DNA of 64,000 bases from the human T2T-CHM13v2.0 reference genome, Homo sapiens, in NCBI RefSeq assembly GCF_009914755.1, contig NC_060938.1; one strand, given 5' to 3'. The notes below the pieces were generated by a model. The model had not been told where the DNA came from. It did no database searches and worked only from the letters and a program-made list of their open reading frames with translations. Below are positions 14,729 to 28,793 of the stretch, piece after piece. Position numbers and translations under genes: made by a program. Within the stretch, counting starts at the first letter, position 1; each line of letters begins with the position of its first letter.

Positions 14729-16129
14729 TTCTCAACTGCGGGGCATTTTCGGAGTTGGGGTGCAGAAGGAGATTTTCTTTAATTAATTAGATGTTTACCT
14801 CCAGCATCATCCCTCAGTGGTTTAGACAATCATCTGCCCACATGTTAGGAATGAGATTCAAGAAAGCCTCTTGGAGTGAAATTTTCCTGGAAATATCCTG
14901 ATTCTTGGCGGCACACACCCTCTCCCTCTTTCTGTGATAGAAACAGCCAGTTCTGCATTATTCCAAACCACAAAGCAAGCGACATGCCATCCCAACTTAG
15001 GATATGAAGGAAGTATCAGCCCCCTAATTGCACAGGGGCCACACAGCCTGCATCTCCCTCCATCGTCCCGACTGCATGCTTTTGATTGTTTCATAATAAA
15101 AGTGGCCGGCTAAATTATGACTACTTGTGATTTATTTGCCATGTCATTTAGACTTTTCATATGTATAAATTTGCCATTTGAAAAGAAAGAGAAAATTCAC
15201 TGCTATTCCCCAAGGCCTCGTTTTTGGGGAGCTCCTCTAACATCATGAACAGAGGCTTTGTGACTTCTAAAGTGATTAGCTCCTATCCGGAGGTTTTGGA
15301 ACATATCTGTGCTCAGAAGCAGTCTGCCGGGGTGAAATTCTATCTGGAATAGTGTCCTAACCCCATCGGAGAGAGACTCTGAATTTTTAAAACGCCTGTT
15401 AAGGACCCCTGGGTATGAGCCCCGCACAAACATGTCTGCGGCACCCACAGCTGTGCCTCAATGAAGGCCCAATTTCTCCATTGCACAGATGAAATTGCAA
15501 AGGCCCAGCAATGTTAGCCAAATTCCCCAAGCTTAATGCCAGAGCCTGCTTCCACTCCAGGACAAAGTGGTTTCAAAGTCCATACTTGCCCCACCCTGGT
15601 GGCCTGCCCTGGGGAAGGTCACTGCCAAGAAGGCTCCTGGGCCGTCTTGCAGCTGCTGCCTCTTCTTTTAATTACGAAAGAAATGCATCATCATGAAAAA
15701 TCAACAATACACAAGATATAAAGTTAAAAGGCAAAGTCCCCCCTCATCCTCTCTCTCAGCCCCTCAAGTATATTAGAAGATCTTTTTAGGGTTGAATTTT
15801 CACTCTGCAGGAGGGTGTTCTGTATACAAAGAATACGACCCTTTCTTCCTCTTTAATTTGCTTATAGCTGGTACATTTCAAAAAAATAAAAAGTGACCCA
15901 TGCCTTTGATGTTTTTTTTTTCCCCTTATTTTTGTCAACATATTGTGGAGAATGCTGAGTTCTTTGAATTGTTTTTCCCTCTGACAGCAAATCACCAAGA
16001 TGTACTTTTCCAGAGCCTAACATCCTTGAATTCACAAAAGTTCCAGTCTGGAGTCATAATGTGGAACGTAAGCAGTTCTAGTCAGTTCTGATCTTGGCAA
16101 CATGAATTCTCCCCTTTCCCCGGGGAGAC

Positions 16130-16203
16130 TCAGAAACCTGCATTTTCACAAGATTTCCCAAGTGACATGTGTGCACAACAGGGTTTGAGAAACCCTGTGC
16201 TGG
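16130..16203. mobile_element. MER5A (hAT) fragment
   Basis: 'cagaaacctgcattttcacaagatttcccaagtga...gtttgagaaaccctg'. Confidence 0.65.
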
Positions 16204-16429
16204 ACTCAGCTGCTTCAGAGAGAAGACACAGAACAATTGCCAAGCTATCAAAGAAAGCTCAGACTGACAGCAGAGAACTCAATAGAAATGCCCCATCCGA
16301 CTGTTGAAACTCAGGCCCAAACTACTGCAAGAGAGTGGAGAACTGTTTCTCCTCTGAAAAGGCCCGATTTCGACTAAATGAAAGCAAAACTGTAGGGACA
16401 ATTTCCCACCTAGTAGCTTGAAGCCCTAC

Positions 16430-16710
16430 CCGGTCACCAAATTGGCCTAGCTGGTCCTACCTGCATTTGGTAAGAGCCGGGGATTGGGACGAGGCAGAGA
16501 GCAAGACCAAGCTGGCTTCCTCTCCGGTTTCCTCCGGGGTGGCTGGGTCCCAGGTCCTGCCCCCGCCTCGCCCTGTGCAAGCTCGGTGCAGTGCAGCCCC
16601 TCCGGCTCTCGCCCCACAATGCCGTGCGCAGGCTGGCAGCAGTTCAGCTGAGGACTAAACGCTTGGCTCAAGTTCAACACGGCTGCCAAGATTTGGCAAC
16701 CAGAGAGTTG
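16430..16710. promoter_or_regulatory. GC/CpG-enriched, promoter- or enhancer-like patch (candidate)
   Basis: About 14 CpGs in ~270 bp of non-repeat DNA; GC box ccccgcctc 16561-16569; ATTGG at 16441 and 16483; tgcgcaggc 16625-16633. Confidence 0.45.
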
Positions 16711-18909
16711 CAGGGAAGCAGCAGGCTGCTAAACCCTTTCACATTTTTAATTAGATCCACACACCCATGTCTTTGAGCTATCATAAATATACAGATGACA
16801 TAGAGAGTATTATTCGGGGTTAAAAAAAAAAAAAAGGAAGCAAACTCTACTAAGGTACAGCTTACCTTATTGAAATAATTTCCCTATCACTAGTTTGAGG
16901 GCTGAGGAGGAAAAAGAGAAGGTAGTGATATTTGCTTAAGTAGAACCACATCTGACAAGGGAATCTACCCAGGATCTGGAAAACACAGGTCTCGGCTGCC
17001 TTGCTATCTTCCTGGGCTTCGAGAATATCACCAGAAGAGGGCATTCTTGGCGCCGGCTCAGCCCTGTGCAGCCCGGAGCTGGCAGGCAGCAGTGCTGGAG
17101 GAGTCATCCCTCAGGCCACTCCCACCTCCCGTTCTTGGGGATAGCTTTAATATCGCCACGGAGCAGAGAGGTTCTCTCCTTCGCCCTAAATGCAGCAACT
17201 TTTATACTCCATGTTGCCTTACTATTCTTCTCGTTTTATTTCCTTCTCTGGATTGTTTTTGGGTATCTTCCCCTGGAAAACAATTGCAGATGCTTCTAAA
17301 TTTTTCTAAGTCCTGTGCCGCAACATGCTCAGCTTCTTCCCCTCAGAACCAGCCTTTCCCCTTGCACTCAGCCCCTGGGCGATTCTCCCTCCGGGGAGGA
17401 AAGAAGATTCAACTCTTGATTCAAATGCTCCGGATTTCACTCTGGTTTCGCTGTGTGGCTTTGGACATAGGATTTAAAGCCTTCACGTTGGTTCCCTCAT
17501 CTGAAAGATCCCAAAGCAATTCTGGCCTCACAGAGTGGCTCTGGGGTTTAAATCCTATGTACAAGGCTCGTAACACAGTCAGCACCCAACACTGAATATT
17601 CGATAGAACATGTGCCTTGTAGACAGTCAGCTAACAAACAACTCCACCAAAACAACAGTGCTAGTCCTTAGTCTTCTTCTTCCCTGAACTGCTTCTCCTC
17701 TTGTTTGTGACAAAGGCCACCCATGTTTCTCAGACAACTAACCCTAGTCTGATCAACTTGCCGTAAGATGAGAGTGAGCCCATGCATTGGTGTGCATGCC
17801 CTTAATTTAAAAGACATGTTAAAAAGGAAATGAAACACTTGAAATGCAGGAAAGAAGTGCCTCTGGTTGTCCCATCTGAGAGCACAAAGTTTATAAATAG
17901 AACCATCACAAGCATCAAACACGAGCTGTGCTAAGGCATCAAACACACATACATACACACACACGCACACACATGTTTGTGTCCTTGGCTTATGGTGAAC
18001 AATTTGTACACCTTTCAGTGGCCCCCGCAGAAAACCAGAGCTTGTAGTGGACACTTGGCAGCATTTGGTCTTTTCCTCATCCTTCCTTCATTTATTTTTT
18101 CTTCACATATGACTTGAAAATAGAGCATGTTTTACTGTGGCAAAATTCCCTCTATACTTGACCTGCAAACAGGACAGTCAGGCTAACTGGGATGACCTGG
18201 TCCAATGAAGTGGGCTGGAGACAATTCTACGCCCAATAGGCACCTTTCAGCAGATGGAAAGGGTGAGGACAAACAGGTTGGTGGGCCTCAGCACCTCATC
18301 TTTTCCTGTAGTCTCTCTTGCTCCCCAACACCTCACTATCTCCCCCAATCCCCAGGTACAGGGAATTTCCTTTCACTAGAAGAAGAAAGGATACAAGCTT
18401 CTTATGCACGTGTGCACACACGCACACCCATTCATGCTCACAGACACTGAAACAAGACCCTTACACCAGGACTGTTCCACTTGGAATACAGAGAGCAGTA
18501 ATGGCTCCCACAGCCATGAAGACCCAGGCTGAGTCCCACTTGCCTCTATGGTCCTGATCAGGCTCTGACAGGGAGCACACTGCTGCTCATGATTAGTTAT
18601 TTATACATGAGGAAGCAGCAAATTTCTATGAGAGTAAAGTAAGATATGATCCACATCATGCTTTCCTGGAGCAAAAAGGGTCAAGCTGAAGCCGGTCTCA
18701 TTCTCTGAGCTATCGTGGGCTGCACCTACACGTCCTTCCCACAGACGCATTGAAGGAAACGGGCCCTGTGACACCCTGACCCTTTCTGCACTTTATGTAG
18801 GGTGAAGGAGGTAGGCTGGGAATTAATACATGCACTTCATGTATTTAAGGGCCATTCCCTAATAGTACTCTGAGACTTCCTGGGAAATATTATTAACTCA
18901 GGACTGACA

Positions 18910-19274
18910 TGTATTAGTCTGCTTGAGCTGCTATAACAAAATACCACAGACTGGGTGACTTAAATCCCAGAAATGTATTTTCTCAGTGTTCTGGAGGCTG
19001 ACAAGTCCAAGATCATTTCTGGCTGGCCTGGTTTCTGCTGAGGGCTCACCTCTTGTCTTGTAGACAGCCACATGGCCCTCCCTTGGTGTGTGTGCCTGGG
19101 GAAATAGCATTCTGGTGTCTCTTATAAAGACACTCATTCTATCATATCAGGACTCTACTTTTATGACCTCAGTAAGTCTTACTTCCTTCGAGCCCCCATT
19201 TCCAAATATGGCCATACTGGGGTTTAGAGCCTCAGGATATATATTTGGAGGGATAGAAATTTTCAATCCATAAT
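18910..19274 (-). mobile_element. MaLR solo LTR, MLT1A/A0-like
   Basis: 'tgtattagtctgcttgagctgctataacaaaataccacagactgggtgacttaaa...tttccaaatatggccatactggggtttagagcctca'; ~365 bp. Confidence 0.85.
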
Positions 19275-19319
19275 AAAAGCATTTTCGTACTTTTGTGCAT
19301 TTTGTACTTTTGGAAGGAG

Positions 19320-19560
19320 ATGGAGTCAGATGGAAATTCTGCTCACTCCGCCACCCACTAGCTGTGTGGCCTTGTATAAATCTATTAACCACTCTGAGTC
19401 TTATTTTCCACTTTTGAAAAACAGGGGTTAAAAATGCTTTCCCTAGAGTGTGATTGTGAGTAATAGGTTAGAGTAATATATACACAGTTCCCGGCCAAGG
19501 GAGGCACTCAAAAAATGCAACAGCCATAGTGGTAGTTGATACCATTATTTATTATTTGAT
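19320..19560 (+). mobile_element. MIR SINE
   Basis: 'ccactagctgtgtggccttg...aaccactctgagtc...gattgtgag...aggcactcaaaaaatg'. Confidence 0.7.
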
Positions 19561-19997
19561 GTTATTATTTGTTAAAACCACCCAGAGAGTGTTGCCTGAA
19601 ACACTGGCTTAGAGCTTTGCATCCCAAATGTTCTCTATACTGCCGTTTGCATCTGTTTATCACCAATGCTGACATGAGTCAATGAAGCTCATAAGGAGTG
19701 TGACCGTCTGTAATAATATCTTCCATGGGGTCCAGAGGAAACAAACATGCGCACTTCCAGAGAAGTGTGTATAAATATTCATATCACTTTACGTTTAGGG
19801 CATTTTGCACTAGTTGTTGATACCATTATGCATTTAGCATGGTCATGACAATCAGGTTTGAAACTCTTGGTTAAAGCGAAAGTCTTGCAAGAAAACATAA
19901 ATGTAGCTGCATTACACTTGGGGAGCCTAAACTTGAGGGAGCCAAAGATTGGAATTATGCAGTTTCAAAGGCCATACCCTGAGCTTCACAATCCTGC

Positions 19998-20450
19998 CTG
20001 AGTCAGCAATTGCAACAATAATGCTGTATAACAAATCATCCCAGCTCAGATGCTTGAAAGACTAAGTATTTCTTCTCACGCTCATTGGTTTCTAGGTTTA
20101 CTGTGGTTCTGTTGAGCTAGACTTGTCTCAGCTGATCAGCTCTGCTGCAGACTGCATGTCTCCTGAGCATGGTTTTAAGCTATAGATTGGGTTCTCATCC
20201 ACTCAATGTGTATTTGTTCTGGGATCCCAGCTTAAGGGGTGACAGCTACCTCAGACATGTTATAGCCTAAATGCAGAGAAGAGCAAGCACATCTAAGGTC
20301 TCTGATTGCATCATGTCCACAGGCACTCCAGTGGTTAGGTGAAGCCACATGGCCAAGCCCAACCTCAGGAAGTAGGGAAGGAAATTCTGCACGGTAGTAT
20401 TGGGGAAGAGGGGAATGAGTTTTAGCTGACAAATAATCCAAACTATTGAG
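19998..20450 (-). mobile_element. Old MaLR LTR, MLT1H/I-like
   Basis: 'ataatgctgtataacaaatcatccc', 'gccacatggccaagcccaacctcagg', ends 'caaataatccaaacta'. Confidence 0.7.
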
Positions 20451-22182
20451 TACCCTGCAAACAACAGCATACAGAAAACTAGAATAGCAGCAACCACCAT
20501 ACCTTCTCTATCAGCAGAATGCTAATTCCCTTTAAGGCATCTCTAATGGTTGACAGCCAGCAGCCATTCTGACTGGTCAAGTGTCAGTTTTGCTTGGTAG
20601 TGCCCTAAACTTAATAGCTTTAAAATAGCTTGACTATCACCCTGGATTGTCAGTATCTACAACGATACCAGCAAACACCAACTTCCTAGGGCCTGCGATA
20701 TCAGCACCAATGAATTCCACTCAGAACCCCCAAAATTCTAAAGACAGGGTCCTAGCACTGCTGAAATTGTGATGTGGATACAGGTTTCAGAGTGAAGGAG
20801 CTAGGAGTTTAATAATATCTCTGATGCTTCCCAAAAATGTGGCCCTGGGCAACGACATGATCTCCTGAATCTCAGGTCTTTAGTGGGGTTGCTTGTGGTG
20901 CTGCCGTGAACAGTAAACTACTGGATGCGTGGAAATCAGCCAACACAGGGCCTATAATTTACAGTGTGCACCCACTAAATGATTACTCTCTTCTTGCTTT
21001 ACTATTAGCTTGAATCTTATGGAACTGTCAGAAATAATCAAGAGTTGGCAATTCCATACAGTTCAACCTAACAGGTAATAAAACCCTTATGGGCAAATGT
21101 AATATTTTGTATAACTCTATTCCTTGCAATCCTGGTTCATTCCTCATCTGTGGAAATGAAAGCCAAGGATGGGAAATGCCCAATGAAGATATGGCCAAAT
21201 GTTGAATGTTGTAGCAGAACGGACACCCCCTGTGTTAGTATCACTCCAGTGATGAAGATGGAATGGTGGGGTTGTAAAGAGGTATAGACAGATAGAGTAT
21301 AGATAAGTGAATCTACTGTTTATCTGCTTTCCTACCACCAAGGTGGGACGTGTCAAGTAAGAGCAATGGTATAAGGAAGGGTGGGTGTTCTGCAGAAGTT
21401 CAAGGGGCTGGGAGGCCACAGGAGAAAATCTGTGCCCATTTTATGGTGTGCAGAGAAGATCGTGTAATTTGAAATTAAGCAGATATGGGGGTTTTAATGT
21501 CAGCTCTTCCAAAAACATGCATAAAATCTTGGGCAAGTCACTAATTTCTCTGAACTTTTCACCTATGAAAATGACATAGTTCTCACAGGAACGTTGCAGG
21601 CCTCATAGCGATGGTCTAGCTATCAATATCTAACAGAGAGCTTGTTTTCTGGCAGGGGGTGGGAGGGCTCAGCCATCTTGGTGACACATCACTATCCCAT
21701 TTTTTTTTTTCTCCAGGCTGGTCTTGAAGTTGGGGCAAAATGAATGCCGAGCAACAAAATTCTAGGGTGTCTAGGTCTTCTTAGTGCAGACTTTAAAACT
21801 GTACCAAAGGGATTTGCCAAGAAACTCGCTGTCATTTCCAGAGCAAGCTATTTTCATTTCCCCCACTGGTGCTATAGCAGCCGGAAACTTTGCTGCAGTC
21901 CTGCCCTCTGGACACCATCTAAAAGCACAAGCAAGCTGTAGACATGGGCAGTGAAAGTGACTGGGTATCCAAGGAAGACAGTCATATATACAATAATGAC
22001 TGAAATTAATTTGTCTTATCCCTTCTAGGCCAAGGGATAAAACAAGAGAAAAGCAGGGGGAAAGAAAAAAAAAACAACAAGGGAAAGGCCCTAAATGAAC
22101 TTCAGGATCAAAAATAGATCCTCTCTAACATTAGTAGAAGACGGTAATGTTATCTATTGTGTGCACCTTTAGCCAGAATAAA

Positions 22183-22292
22183 GCATTTAACAAACAACAT
22201 TTATTGAGTTCCTACTCTGCGCCAGGCACTATACCAGCCACAGGAACCAACATTGAAACAAGCAAGATGCCTGCATCCCAAAAGCCTCATTC
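22183..22292 (-). mobile_element. L2 3' end
   Basis: 'aacatttattgagttcctactctgcgccaggcact'. Confidence 0.65.
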
Positions 22293-24179
22293 TTTTTGCC
22301 CAAACAGAGGGGAAGGAAGATCGATTCTATGGGGGTCTTGTTTCCATCTGAGGAATGAGGGTCAAGGATGGGAAATACCCACTGGAAATACATCGAAAGC
22401 ATCTTGCCATCAAGACGTCTGTTAAATGAACAGCAATTAGTAATACCACGTTCTTTTTGTTCCTTCTACATGCTCAGCATTATCCTAGAAAATGCAGGGA
22501 GAAGGAATAAAATATAAAGTCTTGCTGCTCCTCTCCAGAATTTAAACTCTAGCTCAAGAGATTGGATTACCACCTGTGCAGAAATGGCAAAGAAGACAAG
22601 AAAATACTGACTTTATTTATTTTCATTTTAAACAGAGTTCATCTCCTTGGACTTCCTTTTGGGAAACTGTTTAAGGAACTCACATACAATACATTTAAAC
22701 AGCTAATGGCCAGGAATAGAAGTTCAATACATAAACAGGAGAGCATGTAGCATCAGCTAACCACCAGGTTTTTTGTACTTACTCTATCTGCACCCCAATT
22801 TGCTCTTGAGCTCCCTGGCAGCCAAAGCAAAGGGAAAATATGGTCAATTGCAAATGTTTGCTTTTATTTTTGTTTTGTTCTTAAGAAAGAGGACACAAAA
22901 CATATCCTCTGGAAGATCTAGTTAGCATCATGGATAAAGTCCAAAACACTTGCTTTTAGAATAAATGCATACCTAATTTCATAGGATTGTTTTCCATAAT
23001 GACTCTCAATAAAACTCAAAGATGTAACAAAACATTACTTCCAAGTAGGTGGTTTGTCAAGGGGCTACAAAAAATGGTTCAAGTCTATATCTTTCCAGGG
23101 ATCTAACTCGATAAAAGAACTTAACTCAGCACAGCAACTTATATGAGTGGATAAATAACAGGTGCCTCCCGCAGTCTTATCATTTCTCTAAAGATGGGTT
23201 TTGTTGGAAAGTAGAAGATCTGAGATTATGCTTTCTTGTGGGCACCTAGATAAATGGTAATCTGTGTTTCTAACTGATGGAAAACCTACACAGTTTGTAA
23301 AGCAGACAAGTGGATGATATGTATAAAAGTATATTATAGAAAAATTGACTGGGCAATCAATCCATTAATGAATCCAATGGCTATCCATAGACCACCATCT
23401 TAGTCATTCAAATATCTGAGGCATAGCCAGTGGTATTCAGTAGGTGCTCAGTAAATGCTTTTGAATTGAATTCCTAGGAAATGAGAAGCTTAGGTGGCAA
23501 AACCCTGAAGGGCTTCACCCGTACTTGAAGATGTCTGGTGACTATCAACATTTCCAGCATCACCTCTGCCGTTTTTGGCCTTTGTGAGCCAGAGCAGGTG
23601 GTGACCGCACGATTTGCCAAGGTTAGCTGACCCCAAAAGATTGTGCAAAAACTCCTACTACATCCTGTCAAAGAAACAAAAATGATCATGTCCTTGGGAC
23701 AATTACTGTCTTTGGAGCATCAGGTTTGATTCTATAATTCATGTATACTTAGCTCAAGCTCTGTCTGACACAAGCTATTTTGCCAGGCTCACTGCCTATC
23801 TCATACCCCTGGGTCTTGCTTTTAACTTTTTTTGTGAGTCTGCCCTTGACGACCAGTTCTACTATTATCCCACCTCAAGGGGATGATTCGCCATCTAAGG
23901 AACAGTGTATGTCTGTCTTGTTGCCCATCATCCTCCCCCTTTCCTGTTCAGAGATCCGCATGGCCTTCCTGGACTATTGAAACACAATCCTTCCTCCATC
24001 TTCCAGGCAGCTACTCCAGCCCTGCTGTCAACATTCAAAACCAACCATGGAACACCACTAATGGGCATCCAGTCAACTCCAGGACCAACACCCTTTGTGA
24101 TCTTCTCCACTGACCACTCCTTTCTTCTCCCTCTGTCTTTCAGCAACTGGTGTTTGCTGTATATTGTTATTTTGGAGTT

Positions 24180-24455
24180 AGAATTCATATATAACAATTC
24201 ACCTCTCTGAAGAGGCCATTTATTTCTGGCCATTTATCTAAAACAGCAGACCACACTCTGCCCCATCACATACTTTAGTTTTCTCCTCAACAGTTATTTG
24301 TACTTGAAATTATGCCATTTGTTTGTTGGCTGTCTTCTTTACTAGGATATGAGCTCACAGAGATCAGGAACTTCACAGTGCCCCCAGAGCCTGGGACCAG
24401 GCCTGGCTCACTGTGATCTCCAATGAATGAGTGAAGGAATGAAGGAATGAATGAA
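24180..24455 (+). mobile_element. L2 3' end
   Basis: 'actaggatatgagctc...cccagagcctgggac...aatgaatgagtgaaggaatgaaggaatgaatgaa'. Confidence 0.65.
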
Positions 24456-25703
24456 CACCTCCTCACATAGACTATGCTGTATTTTATCTCTTTACCTTTG
24501 TGTTTTGTTATTGTTGGTTCCTTGCTTTGCATTTGTTCAAATCATTACCCTCTGCCAAAAAAATAAAAAAAGTTTATTCGTCTATGTGTCCCTTATTTTA
24601 AACTTTGGGTTAGATATCAGATGCTGCCTTATTCAGAAGCTCTCCTAGCCACTTCTGCAGTTGTCTCTTCTCTGAGGGCCCACAGTCCCCTCTGTTTGTT
24701 TATTTGTTGGTGCATTTGCTCCTTGGAACTGTAATTGTCCATCTGTGTCACTATTCCCCTTAGGAGACATTTTCTCCTTGAGGTCCCTGACTAGAGCTCA
24801 CTCATCTCCATGGTCCTTGTGTAGAGAACAGTGCTCACTGTTCTAGCTTATCAAATTTTTCATAGCTTATGTAGTTAATACTCTATGTTGCTCATGTTAA
24901 TGTATTAGACACCATCTACTCAAACCATCATCATTACCACCGTTTCATATGTGCTGAAACTGAGGCTTGGAGGAGGGAATGGCTTGCCCAAAGTCACAGT
25001 GCTCTATGCTGGTGGCTGTACTCTGGATCCCAGACCATTGGCCTCCAGTCAAATAGTCACCTTCAAGACATATGACCATCTGGTGGATCCCTAATTTTTT
25101 TGGCAATTAAATCTGACCTTTCTATCAGTGCGGTAAGCTTCCTGAGGACAGAGAGTGTCTTCCACCTTCCTTGTATGCATTTAGGGAATGGAGCTGTGCT
25201 TTAAACATAATAAGCAGTTAATAAATATGTGTGGGCTGAACTATTCATTTGATAACAAACTGCTAGAGAGTTTTCTGCTTGGATGCATAAACATAAACAT
25301 ACACAAGGGGATATATTTAGCCATTTTCTTGCTGTTTTAATTTTATACGTGTTGCATATGTATTTCTACCAGCTATATTGGCTTCCTCTTAGAAGTAGAA
25401 AAGATAAGAATCAATTAGTCTCTCAATTAATCAATCATGTTTTTATCATTTACTGTCCTTTACAGTAGAAAATCTTGCTGAGTTGTTTGTTTTGTTTTTA
25501 TTTTTATAGTTTAGCAAAATGGATGTTACTTTACCTCTGTTTAACAATTAAGAAAGAGAGACCCCTGAAATGTTTCCCCAAAGGCATGGCCAACTGGGGA
25601 AGACTGAGGAAGTGTATGAGTAATGGGTCCCCGACATGGATGCCAACAAATAGTGTTGGATTCTATATTTTGAAGCTGAAACAAGATTCAGAATAATTTT
25701 GGC

Positions 25704-26045
25704 CAGATGTCAACAACTTTTTCCTCTTTTCTTTTTTGTAATGGGGCAGATAGTGAGTATTTCAGGCTTTGTGGGCCTTAAACAGTCTTCATCATAGCTA
25801 CTAAATCTTACTGCTGTAGAGCATCAATAGTCATAGACAATATGCAAATGAATGACCATGCCTGTGTTCCAATAAAACTTAATTTATGGACAATGAAATT
25901 TGAATTTCACATAGTTTCTGCCATGTGTCATGAAATATTATTCTTCCTTTGCTTTTTTTTTTTTAAGTTTATTCTTAGCTCCAGGGCCATACAAAAAGAG
26001 GAGATGGCTGAATTTGCCACACAGGCTGTAGTTTGCAGAGCCCTG
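25704..26045. mobile_element. MER58B (hAT-Charlie non-autonomous element)
   Basis: Degenerate TIRs cagatgtcaacaact / agtttgcagagccctg; core 'gacaatatgcaaatgaatgaccatgcctgtgttccaataaaactt...atggacaatgaaatttgaatttcac'. Confidence 0.85.
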
Positions 26046-27007
26046 ATCTAAGAGCACCTCCCTTTCACCTTGAAAAGGAAAATGGAAGAGGAAATTCGGA
26101 TGGCGAAATCATGGCCAGGCTCCATCAATAGCCCACTCCTTCTGGTCCTCCATGTTTCTGTCCAGCGCATGGGATCTCCTTCAGTTCTCTATCTCCTTAT
26201 TGTAAATAGCTGGGCATTTAGTAAATAGAAAACAAATTTCTGGATTAACTGATAACAAAAATACCTTTGCAAGCCAGTGCCAGCAACTGCCAGATTGTTC
26301 TTTGAGGCAAGCAAGGCCCCCAGAGGATTCTAGGTACACACCTTCCACATCTCATCAACAGCCCAAATGGAAAAACCTCCTTCCTACGTGGAGGTGAGAC
26401 CCCCACACTGGAAGGGTGGCGGAACTCAAGCCAGAGCCCCAAGGATCTGATTGGCAGACGTCTCTGATCCACAAAGTTCTTTTAACTGACGCAGCAAATG
26501 ACCTTGAGCTCGAGTAGAAAAACAACGGGCTTCTAGTACATCCCAATTTGCTCCTCTGAGTAAAGTCACATGAAAAGACATATCTAGCAGGTGGGGACTC
26601 AGGAGATGTACCCTGCAAAGAAGCAGGATATAAGGGGTGACAAAAGACTCCTTAGCCAAAGTCAATGCATTTTAATACAATATTTAAAAAATCAAAATTA
26701 ATAATGAACATCTAGACAAAGGAAACATCAAAATTTTAAATAAAGTCAAGATTGAGTACTGTACATGCTTGTCTCCCTGGCTTCATAATAATATTCCCTG
26801 TAGTTCCTGCCTTTATTGAAAAATTTTGGTTTTTTTAGCATAGATTTTTTTACAATCATTTTGAATTTTGGAAATACGGAATTGTTCAGAAAACACTGTA
26901 CAGAATGTAAAGGAGGCAAAAGGAGACTTATATAGTTTTATCTTTAAAGAAGACACCAAAAACACACTTACTTGCCCGAACACAAAGAATCCAACTGTGA
27001 CCCATGA

Positions 27008-27344
<337 letters not shown>

Positions 27345-28267
27345 GCTGAGCATCTTTCAGGGAAAAAAGAATCACTGAATGTGTCCACTTGAATGTAATC
27401 CCAGGCTAGTTGTCTCTCTAAATTATAAAATGTTTGACTGTCACTATCTATCTCATGAAGACTCAGCACTTACATCTGTCCAGTGCCTCGGAATAATTCA
27501 CGCTGAGGAAAAGCCAACACTACACTAAGTGGAGTGGTCACATACCCTATGGTAAGTCTCAATACTCTGTCCGGTAAGGTGTGAGTCAGTCTAATCACAG
27601 GCACTGAGATTAGAATGCAGTAATTGACGATTTTTCATCGACAGCAATGTTTACTACCTATTCTGCAAAAACAGAGCTTCTTAAAATATTACAGAACAAA
27701 TTTTTCCTTAGAATCTCCAAAATTTACACTCAAAAATAACACTGATGCTTTCCTCCCCTTTCACTAATAGAAATATCAGTTATTTCTCAGAGTCCCCCAC
27801 ACAAGCGGCTAGAGTAGAGAAATTCCTAAAGAATTTCATTCTGATCTTGACTCCTAAGACTCATCAAGCATGAATCCTTGAGGCTACCTATGTCCTTCTC
27901 TCTCTGGGTACCCTCTTCACACGTCCTTGGCTAAATATCTCTGCCATTCCTGATGCCTTAGCCTGAACCAAATAAGACATCTGAAATAACAAGCCAGTCT
28001 TCTTTCCATATCAATCGTTGACAGCCATAAGCATCTCTTTGATGTTTGTAGACAGAAGAAGATGGAAGAAGGCATAATTAGTTGGTGTTTTAATGTGTGT
28101 GGTATTTTCCACTTTTTCTAATTCCTTTTTTAGCTAAAGTTCAAATTGTACAGTCAAAGAAGGCACTGGCAGAAGGAGTGATTATATGTTTCAGAGGTCA
28201 GAAGCCTGACCCTTTGCTGTGAAAGTGCCTGGAGGCGAAATTGAGCCAAGTTCAAAGGGAAGTCTAA

Positions 28268-28793
<526 letters not shown>

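Noticed and set aside
14493-14735. His/Thr-rich ORF
   Set aside because: Translation of the TG repeat.
17047-17595. 182-aa ORF
   Set aside because: Non-ATG start, no recognisable family, and its 3' part runs into a MIR-like fragment.
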